A stretch of 59,583 bases of DNA from Leptospiraceae bacterium (GCA_024233875.1 JACKPB010000009.1:149191-208773); one strand, 5' to 3'; positions 1-10,608 are shown, numbered from the stretch's first letter. Numbers and translations are program-made. The notes: a model not told the origin generated them from the letters alone.

Positions 1-193
1 GCTTTAAACAATTGATTCCCCTTTCTATAGCGTCAGGTGTAATGATTTCTTGAGTTCCGGCTCCACTTCCCAATCGGACAGATTCTTTTTCTTTTCCGAG
101 AGATTCATAGGAGCCGTCTTCTTTTACCTTTACAATGATCAAATGGAACGAATTTGTTCCTAAATCAATTGCAGCTAAGTTTTTTTCTTTCAT
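1..193 (-). CDS. Ppx/GppA-family exopolyphosphatase, N-terminal fragment; the gene runs off the window
   Basis: Reverse translation from the ATG at 191-193 gives MKEKNLAAIDLGTNSFHLIIVKVKEDGSYESLG. This has the AIDLGTNSxH actin-like ATPase N-terminus typical of Ppx/GppA. The gene lies 15 bp upstream of the co-oriented gene at 209-1429. Confidence 0.6.
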   Translation of the reverse strand, partial: MKEKNLAAIDLGTNSFHLIIVKVKEDGSYESLGKEKESVRLGSGAGTQEIITPDAIERGINCLK

Positions 194-208
194 TAAAAAA
201 TTTAGAAC

Positions 209-1429
209 TTATCTTCTTCCACTGGATATCTTGGTTTCTTTGGCTGTCATTTTTTGATAGTACTGAACTAGTTTTTCAAGAAGTCCCAGGTCAGCACAAC
301 GAATTACATCACCTTCAATTCGGAGAAATTTATTCGTTTCAAATAATTTATAGACAATTTTTTCATCACGGTTTTCAGCCAAACCCACCATTTTCAAAAC
401 ATCCGGAACACTAACCTGGAATGTATAGGGGGTTTTAGGAGCAATTTTTGCTCTATTTTTCTCAGCGAGAGTAAGCAGAGTATCAGCAATCCTTCCACCC
501 GGATCGTTGATCATCAAATTGGCTAATTGTTTGTAAGCTATCCAAATTCTCTCAGAAAGGAGAGTGATCAACTTGGTTGCAAGTTGAGGTTGAGCCTTTA
601 CCATTCCCTCAAAATTTGCCTTGTTGATAGCAAGAACAGTCACATCACCAAATGCTACAGCTGAAGCTGATCTGGGTTTATTGTCCAGGATTGCCATTTC
701 TCCGAAGATATCACCATTTTCCAATACAGCCAGCATAACTTCATTTTGATTTACGATCTTGGAAATTTTAACTTTTCCGGATTGGATGATGTAAAGTTCC
801 TTTCCTGGTTCATGTTCGCAGAAAATAACCTGATTGTCATTGTAAAAACGGTTGAATTTTGTCTCATCCACCTCAGCCATTTCTGCAGGTTGACCCAAAG
901 ACATTAATTTTTTCTTCGCTAATGGTGAGAATTGACCATTGGGCAGATATTTTAAATAAGCTTGATATGCATAAACGGAATGATCTATTTTACCGGTATT
1001 GAAGTAAAACTCACCCATACTATAAAGCTGATTTAAATCTTCACTTACAGTATTTTTAAAAGAAAGACGTGTTATGGTTTGATCAAACTGTCTCAATTTC
1101 ATCGAGAAATAACGAATGATTTTCATCGCAACCGGGGTATTTCTCTGAATCAAGGTTCCAAATTGATCATAACTAACCTGGATGAGGGAGACATTTGTCA
1201 TGGCACTGGCTGATTCAATCTGAGGGTGTTGACTCATTGCTGCAACTACACCAAAAAAATCACCCGGTCCCAAAACCTGGTTAGGATCTTCTCCTACCAC
1301 TGGATTTTCCCGACTTACTTTTACTTTTCCTTCCCGAATGATAAAAAAGTTATAAGCTTCTTTCTTGCCTTCTACTATGATATATGAATTTGCTTGATAA
1401 TTTACAATATTAAAGCTGGGAGCAGCCAT
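209..1429 (-). CDS. Protein with two tandem cyclic-nucleotide-binding (CAP effector) domains
   Basis: Two repeats carry the cNMP-binding signature: GDFFGVVAAMS..PQIESASA and GDIFGEMAIL..KPRSASAVA. 406 aa. Confidence 0.7.
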   Translation of the reverse strand: MAAPSFNIVNYQANSYIIVEGKKEAYNFFIIREGKVKVSRENPVVGEDPNQVLGPGDFFGVVAAMSQHPQIESASAMTNVSLIQVSYDQFGTLIQRNTPVAMKIIRYFSMKLRQFDQTITRLSFKNTVSEDLNQLYSMGEFYFNTGKIDHSVYAYQAYLKYLPNGQFSPLAKKKLMSLGQPAEMAEVDETKFNRFYNDNQVIFCEHEPGKELYIIQSGKVKISKIVNQNEVMLAVLENGDIFGEMAILDNKPRSASAVAFGDVTVLAINKANFEGMVKAQPQLATKLITLLSERIWIAYKQLANLMINDPGGRIADTLLTLAEKNRAKIAPKTPYTFQVSVPDVLKMVGLAENRDEKIVYKLFETNKFLRIEGDVIRCADLGLLEKLVQYYQKMTAKETKISSGRR

Positions 1430-1514
1430 TTACAGTCTCCCTGTAGATTTATTTTTTAATGTGGGATAGATGATCATAATTTTTTTTTACTATTTTCTAT
1501 TTTTTTAAGAAAGC

Positions 1515-2000
1515 CTATTCTATTTCAAGGATTTTTATTTGTTCGATTTCAATTTCCGCATCTTTTGCTAATTTTTTTGAGTACATTTGGTTCTGTATGG
1601 TTTCTAATATTTTTTTTCCTTTTTTTACCCTTCCCATTTTAATATACTTTCTAGCTGCATTCAAATAGGAATTCAAACCTTCTTCAATTGTTGGATAATT
1701 TCTGTAAATTTCAATATCAGTTTCGATTGATTTCAATGATTGATCATCTTCCCAATAAGCTTCACTCAATAGTTTCATGACTTTCATTCGTAATTGATGA
1801 TTGGGATACAGGAGTAAAAAATCTCTATTCTTTTCGATGCAAGCTTTGTAATTTTTTTCTGAAAAGTACTTAGAAGCCTGTTCAAAATATAGATTTCCTT
1901 GAGAAATTCGATTTTCTTTAAAAACTTCCTTCATAGAAGATTTATCTTCTGAAGCCAGAAGACCTGATAATATTGTAATTAGGACAATAATATATTTCAT
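1515..2000 (-). CDS. Secreted hypothetical protein, TPR-like
   Basis: N-terminal signal peptide MKYIIVLITILSGLLAS followed by a helical repeat-like sequence. No specific family recognised. Confidence 0.45.
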   Translation of the reverse strand: MKYIIVLITILSGLLASEDKSSMKEVFKENRISQGNLYFEQASKYFSEKNYKACIEKNRDFLLLYPNHQLRMKVMKLLSEAYWEDDQSLKSIETDIEIYRNYPTIEEGLNSYLNAARKYIKMGRVKKGKKILETIQNQMYSKKLAKDAEIEIEQIKILEIE

Positions 2001-2043
2001 AGGTACTCCTTACTAATTACGACTTTTTTTGAATGATCAAATA

Positions 2044-2460
2044 CTATAATTCTTTCTTCTCGAGGTTTTTTTCGAATATTATGTCTCTATCCAGCAACTC
2101 TCTCAGATGAATGCAGGAAAGACTGATTATTGGTATCATAATCAATTCCGAACAATTTGCCTGAATTATTTCTGAGTAACATGAAATAGCAGCAGTTTGG
2201 ATTTCTATAGAATGTGAATTTACCTTTTTTTCATATCCTTTCAGAATATTTTTTTTACAATCTTCTAATCCACTCTCCTGTAAAATATCCGATGGAAAGG
2301 TTCTATAGATATAATTGAAGCAAGTTTGCATTTTCTTACAGGTGATTTCAGATACCACTGAATGCATTTCCGGATAATTCATTTTATTTAGATCCGGTAC
2401 TTTCTCTTTGCAGGAAGAAAATACCAGTATTGAAAATAAAATCAATCGAAGATATTGCAT
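2044..2460 (-). CDS. Putative lipoprotein, Cys-rich hypothetical
   Basis: Signal peptide plus spirochete-type lipobox LVFSSC-KEK. The 19-nt overlap with the upstream gene suggests an operon. Confidence 0.45.
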   Translation of the reverse strand: MQYLRLILFSILVFSSCKEKVPDLNKMNYPEMHSVVSEITCKKMQTCFNYIYRTFPSDILQESGLEDCKKNILKGYEKKVNSHSIEIQTAAISCYSEIIQANCSELIMIPIISLSCIHLRELLDRDIIFEKNLEKKEL

Positions 2461-4142
2461 TCCAATTCTCCCTTTCGATTCATATAAGAATCCAAAATTG
2501 TAAAATCTATTTGCGTATCTCCATATTCTTTCATACTTTTCAATTTTTCCAAGTATTCTTCCTCTGAATCCCGTAATCCAATGAGTAAAGAATTTTTAAT
2601 TATATCTTTCTGTAGGATATCTCTAACCGGATTCACCCAGGATCTTTTGTAGTTCTTTAAATACCATACCTGATATCTCTTTATCACCTTACCATCTACT
2701 ATTATATCCTTCTCCGGGAATTCTATGACTTCTTCAAACATCATTTTTAAAAAAGTTTGGAAAAATATAAAAGATTTCTGACAGGGCTTTTCTTCGATGT
2801 AATACAATAGATAATTTTTACCTATTTTGATATCTAACCAATAATTGTATTGGTTCTTTTGCAAAATATTGAAACTTTGAATGAAGGGCTTTCCATCTGC
2901 AAACCAGGAACCGATAGCGGCATCCTGATATCTATTTGCGATAAGTTCGGCGTCAGAATATTTTGTATTACGAAAATTTTCAATTTCTTTAATTATTTCT
3001 TTGAATCCTTCAGTTCTATACCCCGGAACATAATGGGAATTGAGAGGAATATTAAAATTTTTCACTATAGGTACTGATAGAATAGAAAATACGTTCATCA
3101 ATGCGCAAATAAGGAAAGTGATATAGATTAAAATTTTATATTTTTTTTGATGTTTAGAAATGATCTTTTCTAAAAATTCAGCCATGAATATAGAAAGGGG
3201 TAGATAGGAAGCAAAAACCCAATTTGCCTGAATGACCTTCTGAATCGAAAGAATCAAGAAAAATATTGGTAGAACTAATGCATTTATGCCTAAAAAATAA
3301 CGAATCTTTGTGCTAGCATTGATCTCAATTGAAGGAAATTGAATCAAATTCTTTAAAGACTGAAAAAACAATCCGATTCCTATGAGGAAGAAACCCGGGG
3401 ATAAGGTTAGGATCTGACCGGCTAGATAGGAACCTGTATTGAACTTCTTGACATTCACTCCACCTGCAGAACGCAAATTAATGATAGCGTCGATATTATC
3501 CCAATTGTTCTGAGTATTCCAGATGATTATAGGTGATATAACCAAGGCCGTTATGCATATGGCTAAGTAAGATTGATATGATTTGAATATTGCAAATTCA
3601 TCCCGAAATAGAATTAACCAGATAAAAATACTTATTAAGAAAAAGACCATTGTATGCTTTGAGAGAGCACCTAGGCCCACAAAAAGAAACAATAGGTATA
3701 GATCGAAATCTTTTCTTTCTTTTATGTATTTGGAAAAAAAATATATTCCACCAGACCATGCGATCAATAGAGGTGAGTCATGCATGATAAGCATACTTCC
3801 TGTAAAGAATCCGGGTATCAGGAATAGAATGAACAAGAGGAAAGTCTGAGCTAATTTAGAAAAATTTAGCAAACTTGAAGTCAAGAAAATGAATATTGTT
3901 GTTAAGAACCCCGCAAAGTTGGATGCTAAACGAAGTGCAATCAGATTGTCACCAAAAAGTTTAGTAAAAAAGTATATGTAATACGCAACTCCAGGACCCT
4001 GATCATAATAGGAAAAATCCAATTTTCTTGACCATTCCCAATAATAAGCTTCATCCGGAATCAAATCGAAGGTCAGAGATAAAAAGAATTTTAAGAGGTA
4101 AAAAAAGAATACTATAAGAATCCCTGAAAATGGATTTTTCAT
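2442..4142 (-). CDS. ArnT/PMT-like (GT39/GT83-type) integral-membrane glycosyltransferase
   Basis: The N-terminus PDEAYYWEWSRKLDFSYYDQGPG matches the DEAYYW..WS..L..GYYD motif of 4-amino-arabinose / dolichyl-phosphate-mannose glycosyltransferases. More than 10 hydrophobic segments. 566 aa. Confidence 0.7.
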   Translation of the reverse strand: MKNPFSGILIVFFFYLLKFFLSLTFDLIPDEAYYWEWSRKLDFSYYDQGPGVAYYIYFFTKLFGDNLIALRLASNFAGFLTTIFIFLTSSLLNFSKLAQTFLLFILFLIPGFFTGSMLIMHDSPLLIAWSGGIYFFSKYIKERKDFDLYLLFLFVGLGALSKHTMVFFLISIFIWLILFRDEFAIFKSYQSYLAICITALVISPIIIWNTQNNWDNIDAIINLRSAGGVNVKKFNTGSYLAGQILTLSPGFFLIGIGLFFQSLKNLIQFPSIEINASTKIRYFLGINALVLPIFFLILSIQKVIQANWVFASYLPLSIFMAEFLEKIISKHQKKYKILIYITFLICALMNVFSILSVPIVKNFNIPLNSHYVPGYRTEGFKEIIKEIENFRNTKYSDAELIANRYQDAAIGSWFADGKPFIQSFNILQKNQYNYWLDIKIGKNYLLYYIEEKPCQKSFIFFQTFLKMMFEEVIEFPEKDIIVDGKVIKRYQVWYLKNYKRSWVNPVRDILQKDIIKNSLLIGLRDSEEEYLEKLKSMKEYGDTQIDFTILDSYMNRKGELECNIFD

Positions 4143-4161
4143 TTAGTCAAATAAGAATGGT

Positions 4162-5013
4162 TTAAACCCAAACTTCTCCTTTAAAAACAGTTGTTGCCGG
4201 TCCTTTCATAATAATATTTCCTGATTCCAGCCAATCTATGTATAGAGTACCGCCCAATAAATCTATTCGTACAGACCTTCCTGATCTTCCTGTAAGGTGA
4301 GCCGCTACTGCCACCGAGCAGGCTCCGGTACCGCAGGCTAGAGTCTCTCCTGCTCCTCGCTCCCATGTTCTTTGAAAAAAATGATTCTCACCTATCTTAC
4401 TAACAAATTCAACATTAGTTCTCCTGGGAAAGAGTTTATGATTTTCTAAAATAGGACCGACTTCTCTCACAGGAAAGGAATTAGAGTCTTCAACAAAAAT
4501 TACGGTATGTGGATTTCCCATACTTACATTGGTCATTTTTAAGTTTTGTCCGGAAATCTCGATCTCTTTGTCCAAAATAGGATTTTTCGAATCGATCAGA
4601 ACGGGAATTTTTTCAGCATCCAGAATCGGTTCCCCCATATCCACAGTTACGTACGATACTTTTTTCTCATCATCCAAATCAAATTTTAATTCCAGGACAC
4701 CTTTTCCGGTCTCTATTTTAGGATTCAGGGAATCTGTAAGTCCTTCATCAAAAATAAATTTTCCCAGACATCGAATTCCATTACCGCACATTTCCGAGGA
4801 ACTACCATCTGAATTGTACATATCCATTTGGAAATCTGCTATTTTGCTCTTGCGAATAAAAATTACTCCATCACTTCCTATTCCAAAATTTCTATTTGAT
4901 AAGTGTACGATTTGATCCGGTGTCAACCTTAGATCTTCCTTGGTCGCATCGATATAGATGTAATCGTTGCCGATCCCTTCCATTTTTATGAATTGAATTT
5001 TTTGTTTTTTCAT
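4162..5013 (-). CDS. dapF: Diaminopimelate epimerase
   Basis: [11 protein letters not shown]-terminal motif. Both catalytic cysteines are present (MCGNGIRC and CGTGACS). Typical length of 283 aa. Confidence 0.85.
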   Translation of the reverse strand: MKKQKIQFIKMEGIGNDYIYIDATKEDLRLTPDQIVHLSNRNFGIGSDGVIFIRKSKIADFQMDMYNSDGSSSEMCGNGIRCLGKFIFDEGLTDSLNPKIETGKGVLELKFDLDDEKKVSYVTVDMGEPILDAEKIPVLIDSKNPILDKEIEISGQNLKMTNVSMGNPHTVIFVEDSNSFPVREVGPILENHKLFPRRTNVEFVSKIGENHFFQRTWERGAGETLACGTGACSVAVAAHLTGRSGRSVRIDLLGGTLYIDWLESGNIIMKGPATTVFKGEVWV

Positions 5014-5068
5014 ACGAATTTTCCTAGTAAAATCTAAAAGTTCATCCTATATTTCAGTTCTATCAAGA

Positions 5069-5794
5069 TTATATCAAAGTTCTCAATTGTTTATCAAACA
5101 AATGGGGAATTGTATTGATTTCCCCGGGATAGTACACCCTTCCTTTTTTTAGAATTGTACTGATCGAAGAATTCCATAGGGAAGGTATCCAAAACAATTC
5201 ATTTTCTTCGTTGATTTTCAAGAAATAAGATAGCAATATACTTATTGGAGTCGCAGAGGTAAATACCAATACTGATTTTTTATCTCCCCGCAAACTATTA
5301 AGATAATCTGCAAAATGTACAACCCTTTCTTTAAAATCGAAAAAGGATTCTTCTCCATAAGGAGTGAATCCATTTTTCCATTCAAGAATACATCTTTCCA
5401 TTAATTTAAAAAAGTATGTGTGTTTAAGAATTGAATTTTTTTCGTTAATTTCTGAATACTTTTTATAGATTTTTTGGATTGGTTTGTCTTCGACTGTGAG
5501 TTTGGAGACTATTTTTTCGAAAAGGTCAGGTGAGAATTCATTTAAATCATCAGTTTCAACAAAGGAAATATTTTCAAAATCCTCTTCATCCACCATAGAA
5601 AGTTTATCCAAGTATGGGAACATTGTCTGTTTGTGTCGGATCAGGGAGCCGGTACATATGAGAACGGATTTTCTGTACTTTTGGATAAGATAATCAGACA
5701 ATTTCTCTGATTGTTTTTTCCCTATGGTGGAGAGTTCATCATAGTTGTCCTCACCAAAACTAGCCTTTCCATGACGGATAAAAACGATTTCCAT
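5069..5794 (-). CDS. Histidine phosphatase (phosphoglycerate-mutase-like) family protein
   Basis: Begins FIRHGKASF, an RHG catalytic motif. 241 aa. Confidence 0.6.
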   Translation of the reverse strand: MEIVFIRHGKASFGEDNYDELSTIGKKQSEKLSDYLIQKYRKSVLICTGSLIRHKQTMFPYLDKLSMVDEEDFENISFVETDDLNEFSPDLFEKIVSKLTVEDKPIQKIYKKYSEINEKNSILKHTYFFKLMERCILEWKNGFTPYGEESFFDFKERVVHFADYLNSLRGDKKSVLVFTSATPISILLSYFLKINEENELFWIPSLWNSSISTILKKGRVYYPGEINTIPHLFDKQLRTLI

Positions 5795-5820
5795 TAGCGA
5801 CTCCCGAAGTCAATTTTTAT

Positions 5821-6606
5821 TCAAGCCGCATGGTTGTCATTTCCCTTTCTCTCCATTTTTCTTATGCATTCATTGGTATCCCTGAGAATTCTCTCTCTTT
5901 TTATCCTAAATACCTTACTCAGTTCTTCACTTGTAAACAAGACTTCTCTCTTCCGCAAACGTCGACTCAAGAGTTTTTTTCTCTGAACTAAATTTTTGTA
6001 TTTCTCGTTATCATTGACTCTGAACAAGGATCGATTGTACTTTACGATATCCCCTATAATTTTCTTTTGTTTGGTTTTCAGGTTTTCTTTTCGGATGAGT
6101 AATTCTCTTCTAAACTCTAAAGGAGAGAGATTGTATCTTTTCAAATATTTATTCAAATATCTATAGGCAACCGGATCAATCTCTATATTGTATCTTAAGT
6201 AAACAAGTAAGCGGGTGATGGGACGAGTTTGCCTCAAAAGACTCCATACTTTCTCTTCCTGGATATTTGTTATTAAATTTTTTTGACCCGGTTCATTCCA
6301 GAGTTTTAGAAAATCATCACTTTCTTCCACTTCCATTTTCTTTCTGACATTTCGATAGATATTTTTTGTAAATATATAAAGAAATCCAATAAGGGATTTG
6401 ATTTCTCGCTCCTGATAAAGTTCAACAAACCTTTGTAGTTTCTCGGAGAGTCGGATGTAAACTTCAGAAATGCATTCTTCTTTGATTTGGATTTTGTATC
6501 TTGCTTCCTCTATCAACCAATGACTTACAGTATTCCTGAAATCCTCGATCTCTCCACTTCTGATAAATTTATTTAAAGTTATATTTAGTCTTTCTTCAAT
6601 ATTCAT
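5821..6606 (-). CDS. Divergent ECF/sigma-70-like protein (putative)
   Basis: SLIGFLYIFTKNIYRNVRKK resembles sigma region 2.3-2.4 (WLyrIarN..iD..Rk). C-terminal VLFTSEELSKVFRIKRERILRDTNECIRKM resembles the region-4 helix-turn-helix. Assignment by eye only. Confidence 0.35.
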   Translation of the reverse strand: MNIEERLNITLNKFIRSGEIEDFRNTVSHWLIEEARYKIQIKEECISEVYIRLSEKLQRFVELYQEREIKSLIGFLYIFTKNIYRNVRKKMEVEESDDFLKLWNEPGQKNLITNIQEEKVWSLLRQTRPITRLLVYLRYNIEIDPVAYRYLNKYLKRYNLSPLEFRRELLIRKENLKTKQKKIIGDIVKYNRSLFRVNDNEKYKNLVQRKKLLSRRLRKREVLFTSEELSKVFRIKRERILRDTNECIRKMERKGNDNHAA

Positions 6607-6678
6607 TACATTTTCTCTATATAAGATATATGTAATGTCTTGATATGTATAGAAGTGTAAAGGAAAAAGAAAATTTCT

Positions 6679-6719
6679 AATTACACGTTAGTTTGGTTTT
6701 TGAATTCTAACGTGTAATT
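6679..6719. promoter_or_regulatory. 13-bp perfect inverted repeat AATTACACGTTAG-N15-CTAACGTGTAATT, between the stop of the 6732-7391 gene and the start of the sigma-like gene
   Basis: Read directly from the sequence. It could be an intrinsic-terminator-like hairpin or an operator for the downstream sigma-like gene. Confidence 0.4.
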
Positions 6720-6731
6720 TTTGAAAAAAAA

Positions 6732-7391
6732 TTAGAATCTTCTGGAAGTATCTGTGAGAAATTGGTTGTAATCTTTAAATTGTACTATAGCAGAAGACTT
6801 TACTCTACCATTTTGGAGCATTTTTAATACAATCTTATCTTCTACTTTACTCTCTTCGATGGAGATTTCTTTTAAACTGTTTTCGTATGGTAGAAAAATT
6901 TTTCCTGGTTGGTTCCTTAAAAAGACGATTGTATTCAAAGATTGATTATTGATAAAATCTACATCCAATCTTTCTCCAAAGTTTGAATATGTTAATTTTA
7001 ACTTTTCATTTTCATTTTCGAATACTCTAACATATGTCCCATTTTTATCATATTCATTATAACCTATGGGATTTTCGCCATTCCAAAATTCTAAAAGGTT
7101 AGCGATGAAAAAATCACCTACATATGCCCAAGCGTATGGATTGAATGCAAGAAGAGGTGTCATCCAAAAAAGCCAGAGAAGAGAACTTCTCACTACACCA
7201 TTTAATTTTTCATTGGAATCTGAAACTTTTATTCCTTCATGAAATTCATATACTTTCTTAACTAATGCAAATTTTCCGAAACAGTTTGTATTCAAGAGCA
7301 TTGCAATGATTAATAATCCGATCAAACCAACTCTTTTTTTGCTAATTCCCATATTTTCTCCCTTAAATAATTTCATAGATTTTGCCCTCAA
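6732..7391 (-). CDS. Membrane/secreted hypothetical protein
   Basis: Hydrophobic N-terminal segment LIGLLIIAMLL plus a second hydrophobic helix. Overlaps the murB stop by 4 nt, so likely an operon. Confidence 0.45.
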   Translation of the reverse strand: MRAKSMKLFKGENMGISKKRVGLIGLLIIAMLLNTNCFGKFALVKKVYEFHEGIKVSDSNEKLNGVVRSSLLWLFWMTPLLAFNPYAWAYVGDFFIANLLEFWNGENPIGYNEYDKNGTYVRVFENENEKLKLTYSNFGERLDVDFINNQSLNTIVFLRNQPGKIFLPYENSLKEISIEESKVEDKIVLKMLQNGRVKSSAIVQFKDYNQFLTDTSRRF

Positions 7392-8344
7392 TCCATGCTA
7401 CCAAAAAATTCAATTTCTTTCTCTAATTGAATGTTAAATTTTTTAAATACTAAATCTTCAATTTTTTCAATTAAAATTTTTACATCCCGGGAAAGAGCAT
7501 TTCCATTATTTACTATAAAATTACAATGTTTTTCTGAAACCTGAGCATCACCTGAGACAGCTCCCCTCATTCCGACTAAATCTATCAATTCCCAAGCCTT
7601 CCATTTCTTGTCTTTTTCTTTGATAGAATCCGGGTTTTTAAAAACAGATCCTGCACTTTTTTTGTTTTCCGGTTGTGATGAATTTCTTTTTTCTCGAAAT
7701 TCTTTCAATTTAAACTCGATTTCTTTTGAATCACCTTGCTTTAGATTCATTACAATCCTGGTAATTATAGTATTTTTGTTTTTTAAAAACTCTGTACTCC
7801 TGTATCCGTACTTAATTTTTTCGACAGGTAAGGAGGTATAATTATTATTTTGTATTACATCAACCGATTGAATAAAATCAAAGATTTCTCCTCCATAGCA
7901 ACCGGCATTTTGAATCACAGCCCCTCCCACCCATCCGGGAATCGTACTCAAAAACTCTACACCTTCATAACCTAAATTAGATATTTTGCGGAAAGTAGGT
8001 GTTGTGTTGATAGCGGAGCCTATTTCAAATCTTCCCTCAGATTTCTCATGAAATTCTTTGAATACCCCTCCCAAACGAAGAGTTATGAAATCATTCGGGT
8101 AGTCTGAAATCAATACATTGGATCCTCCCCCCAACACTTTGTAGGGAATTCCAAAGTTTTTAGAATAAGATAGGAATGAAATCAGGGTTTCTTCATTTTC
8201 CGGTTCTACCAGTAAGGGAGCTATTCCTCCGATTTTAAAAGAACAGAGTTTTGAAAGGTCAAAGTCTTTCGCAAAAGGAATCTTCCTGAAAAGTAAATCA
8301 GATTCAATTTTTGAAAAATCTATACCGGAGATTTCTTTTTTCAT
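7388..8344 (-). CDS. murB: UDP-N-acetylenolpyruvoylglucosamine reductase
   Basis: FAD-binding GGGSNVL, substrate-region SAGSVFKNPDS, and a C-terminal MurB domain. 318 aa. Confidence 0.85.
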   Translation of the reverse strand: MKKEISGIDFSKIESDLLFRKIPFAKDFDLSKLCSFKIGGIAPLLVEPENEETLISFLSYSKNFGIPYKVLGGGSNVLISDYPNDFITLRLGGVFKEFHEKSEGRFEIGSAINTTPTFRKISNLGYEGVEFLSTIPGWVGGAVIQNAGCYGGEIFDFIQSVDVIQNNNYTSLPVEKIKYGYRSTEFLKNKNTIITRIVMNLKQGDSKEIEFKLKEFREKRNSSQPENKKSAGSVFKNPDSIKEKDKKWKAWELIDLVGMRGAVSGDAQVSEKHCNFIVNNGNALSRDVKILIEKIEDLVFKKFNIQLEKEIEFFGSMD

Positions 8345-8346
8345 TT

Positions 8347-9138
8347 TTAAAAAAGTATATCATATTCTTTTGCAGGTTCTCTGTATTTTTCCCGATAAGA
8401 ATCTTCTAGTTTATTCTTAATCAAACCAATTACTTTTTCTCTCGTTTTTCCTGTTGTTAGAGAAAAAACATCCAAAAGATCATCCATTTTGTTCATATCT
8501 ACTGAAGCTCGGATCAACCCTAAAATTTTTGTATCAATATAGAGATCCAATAGCTCGGACATTCTTTCTCTTTTGGTAATGAATTCAAGGATCAGTACCA
8601 TATCAGGATTGTCTACTTCCATAGATATTTTATGGATGTGCTGCATAGGTGTGTAATCGATCAAAGCACCAATTAGGTAGTAATTTTTTCTTTTCCGTAA
8701 TTCATGGACAGCTTTGCGAATAAGATCAGCATTTGACTCTCTGATGATCGGTTCCACTTTTTCAGGTATTACATGCTCCAGTACATCGCAGAAGAATTTC
8801 GTAGAAAAATAATTAGCTATACTAATGGCTTCTTTGGGTGGTACATGGTAGGTTATGTTTGCAGTGATACTTGGTCCCAAGATGTCTTCTGATACTTTTG
8901 CATTCAAAAAATTCGGCATAAATTTTGTCACTTTTGCCAATGGTTCCCAAGTCTCAGATTGTTCTTCCAATATTGCATGGGTAATTTTTAATCTCAGATC
9001 GGTCAATTGTTCATGAGTGTGTGAATTCAAGTATTCCATAGTTTCTTCACTTGAATGAAGTAAATGGACTATTTTCTGAATTTCTGATTTTTTATTTGAA
9101 TCTTCAAATGAGTGCATAATTTTCCTCAATCTAGACAA
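8347..9138 (-). CDS. Hypothetical protein
   Basis: Intact 263-aa ORF with no recognised motif. The 3-nt gap to murB implies co-transcription. Confidence 0.45.
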   Translation of the reverse strand: MSRLRKIMHSFEDSNKKSEIQKIVHLLHSSEETMEYLNSHTHEQLTDLRLKITHAILEEQSETWEPLAKVTKFMPNFLNAKVSEDILGPSITANITYHVPPKEAISIANYFSTKFFCDVLEHVIPEKVEPIIRESNADLIRKAVHELRKRKNYYLIGALIDYTPMQHIHKISMEVDNPDMVLILEFITKRERMSELLDLYIDTKILGLIRASVDMNKMDDLLDVFSLTTGKTREKVIGLIKNKLEDSYREKYREPAKEYDILF

Positions 9139-9233
9139 TTAGTATATAGGAACGGAAAATCAATCCCTTTTATTCATTCTTTTATACACTTTTTTTGTTT
9201 ACTCATCAAAATGAAATTATATGAAGGAAGGAA

Positions 9234-10247
9234 ATGAGTTCAGAACTCCCCAAACGTATGTCTAAAAGAAACAAATTCAAATCTTTATTTATAGAATCAT
9301 ACAATCATGTAAAACACCAGAACAAGGCAATAGCTGTTTGGATTCAAGAACATAGAGAGCTTCTGAGAAAACGGGGTAATTCACATTTTACCTTCATGAT
9401 CATTCCTCATTCTGAAAAAAAATCTATTAAAATTAGCATCTCTTATCGCTCGATTACTCTATTTGGTATTATCATTGGACTTCTAACTTTTTTTAGTGCT
9501 TTCATTGTACTGAAATTTAGCGGGATGAATCATGAACTCAATGAACTTCAAATTTCTAATGAAGATTTTATTATCCAATCAAAGAGATTGAAGACTGAAA
9601 TGAAAACCCTCCACGAACATTCATCACTCTATTACGAAAAAATTTTAAATCTCTATATCAAATTGGGAGGAGATCCCCAAAAAATTTACCACCTTCCGGA
9701 TCGTGAGATCATAGGGTTCTTGGAGCCTAATTCGGATGTCTTTCCGGAAACATACAGACTTCAATCTGATATTTACAATCTCAATACCGCTAATCTACTT
9801 ACAAAAGAAATCATCAAAATTATAAAAGATAAAAACAATATAATCCAAAACACTCCCTCTCTCTGGCCGACCAAAGGATACATTCTGTATCCATTTGGAA
9901 AATACTTTTCCCCGGTTGCCGGAGGTGAAGTCATCAATTATGGAGTAGACATCGGAACATTTCCCGGAGCACAGGTAATAGCTACAGCTCCAGGTGAAGT
10001 TTATGAATTGGGGTATTCTCAAAGTACTGGTTATTTTATTAAAATCTCACATAAATATGGTTGGAAAACGATCTATTCAAATTTAGAAAGGATTCAGGTT
10101 AAAAAAAATCAGATTATAAAAAAGGGTGAAACTATTGGTTTTGCCGGAAAGACTTCATTAAATCCTACCTATCTTTTGCACTATGAAGTTCACGTAGGAA
10201 CAAGTCCGCTCAACCCCCATTCATTTTTAAATCAGGTTCAAAACTAG
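9234..10247 (+). CDS. M23-family (LytM-like) metallopeptidase with N-terminal membrane anchor and coiled coil
   Basis: The C-terminal domain GYFIKISHKYGWKTIYSNLERIQVKKNQIIKKGETIGFAG...HYEVHV follows the M23 pattern H..x..Y.HL/HxH. A TM segment is near residue 75. Confidence 0.75.
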   Translation: MSSELPKRMSKRNKFKSLFIESYNHVKHQNKAIAVWIQEHRELLRKRGNSHFTFMIIPHSEKKSIKISISYRSITLFGIIIGLLTFFSAFIVLKFSGMNHELNELQISNEDFIIQSKRLKTEMKTLHEHSSLYYEKILNLYIKLGGDPQKIYHLPDREIIGFLEPNSDVFPETYRLQSDIYNLNTANLLTKEIIKIIKDKNNIIQNTPSLWPTKGYILYPFGKYFSPVAGGEVINYGVDIGTFPGAQVIATAPGEVYELGYSQSTGYFIKISHKYGWKTIYSNLERIQVKKNQIIKKGETIGFAGKTSLNPTYLLHYEVHVGTSPLNPHSFLNQVQN

Positions 10248-10254
10248 GAAAACA

Positions 10255-10608
10255 ATGCAAGAAGATAGCAAATATTTTGAAGAATTCATAGTCAATAGTA
10301 TCATAGGTGAAGGATCCGAATTCGAAGGTGAGTTTAAAGTAGATGGACTCATTAGAATAGATGGAAAATTCAAAGGTTTGATTCAAACTAACGGTAAGGT
10401 CCTGATAGGCAAAACCGGAGTTGTGGATACTGATATCAAAGCCAGAATCGTGGTTTCAGGCGGGCATATCAATGGAAACATCTATGCATCTGAACGAGTT
10501 ATCTTGCTCTCTACCTGCAAACTTTACGGAGATTTGATCACTCCAAATTTAATTCTAGAGGATGGAGTACTTTTTCACGGCAAATGTACTGTAACCCCTA
10601 ATCCATGA
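10255..10608 (+). CDS. Bactofilin
   Basis: A 117-aa beta-helical repeat protein. GKFKGLIQTNGKVLIGKTGVVDTDIKARIVVSGGHINGNIYASERVIL matches the bactofilin/CcmA DUF583 repeat. Confidence 0.8.
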   Translation: MQEDSKYFEEFIVNSIIGEGSEFEGEFKVDGLIRIDGKFKGLIQTNGKVLIGKTGVVDTDIKARIVVSGGHINGNIYASERVILLSTCKLYGDLITPNLILEDGVLFHGKCTVTPNP

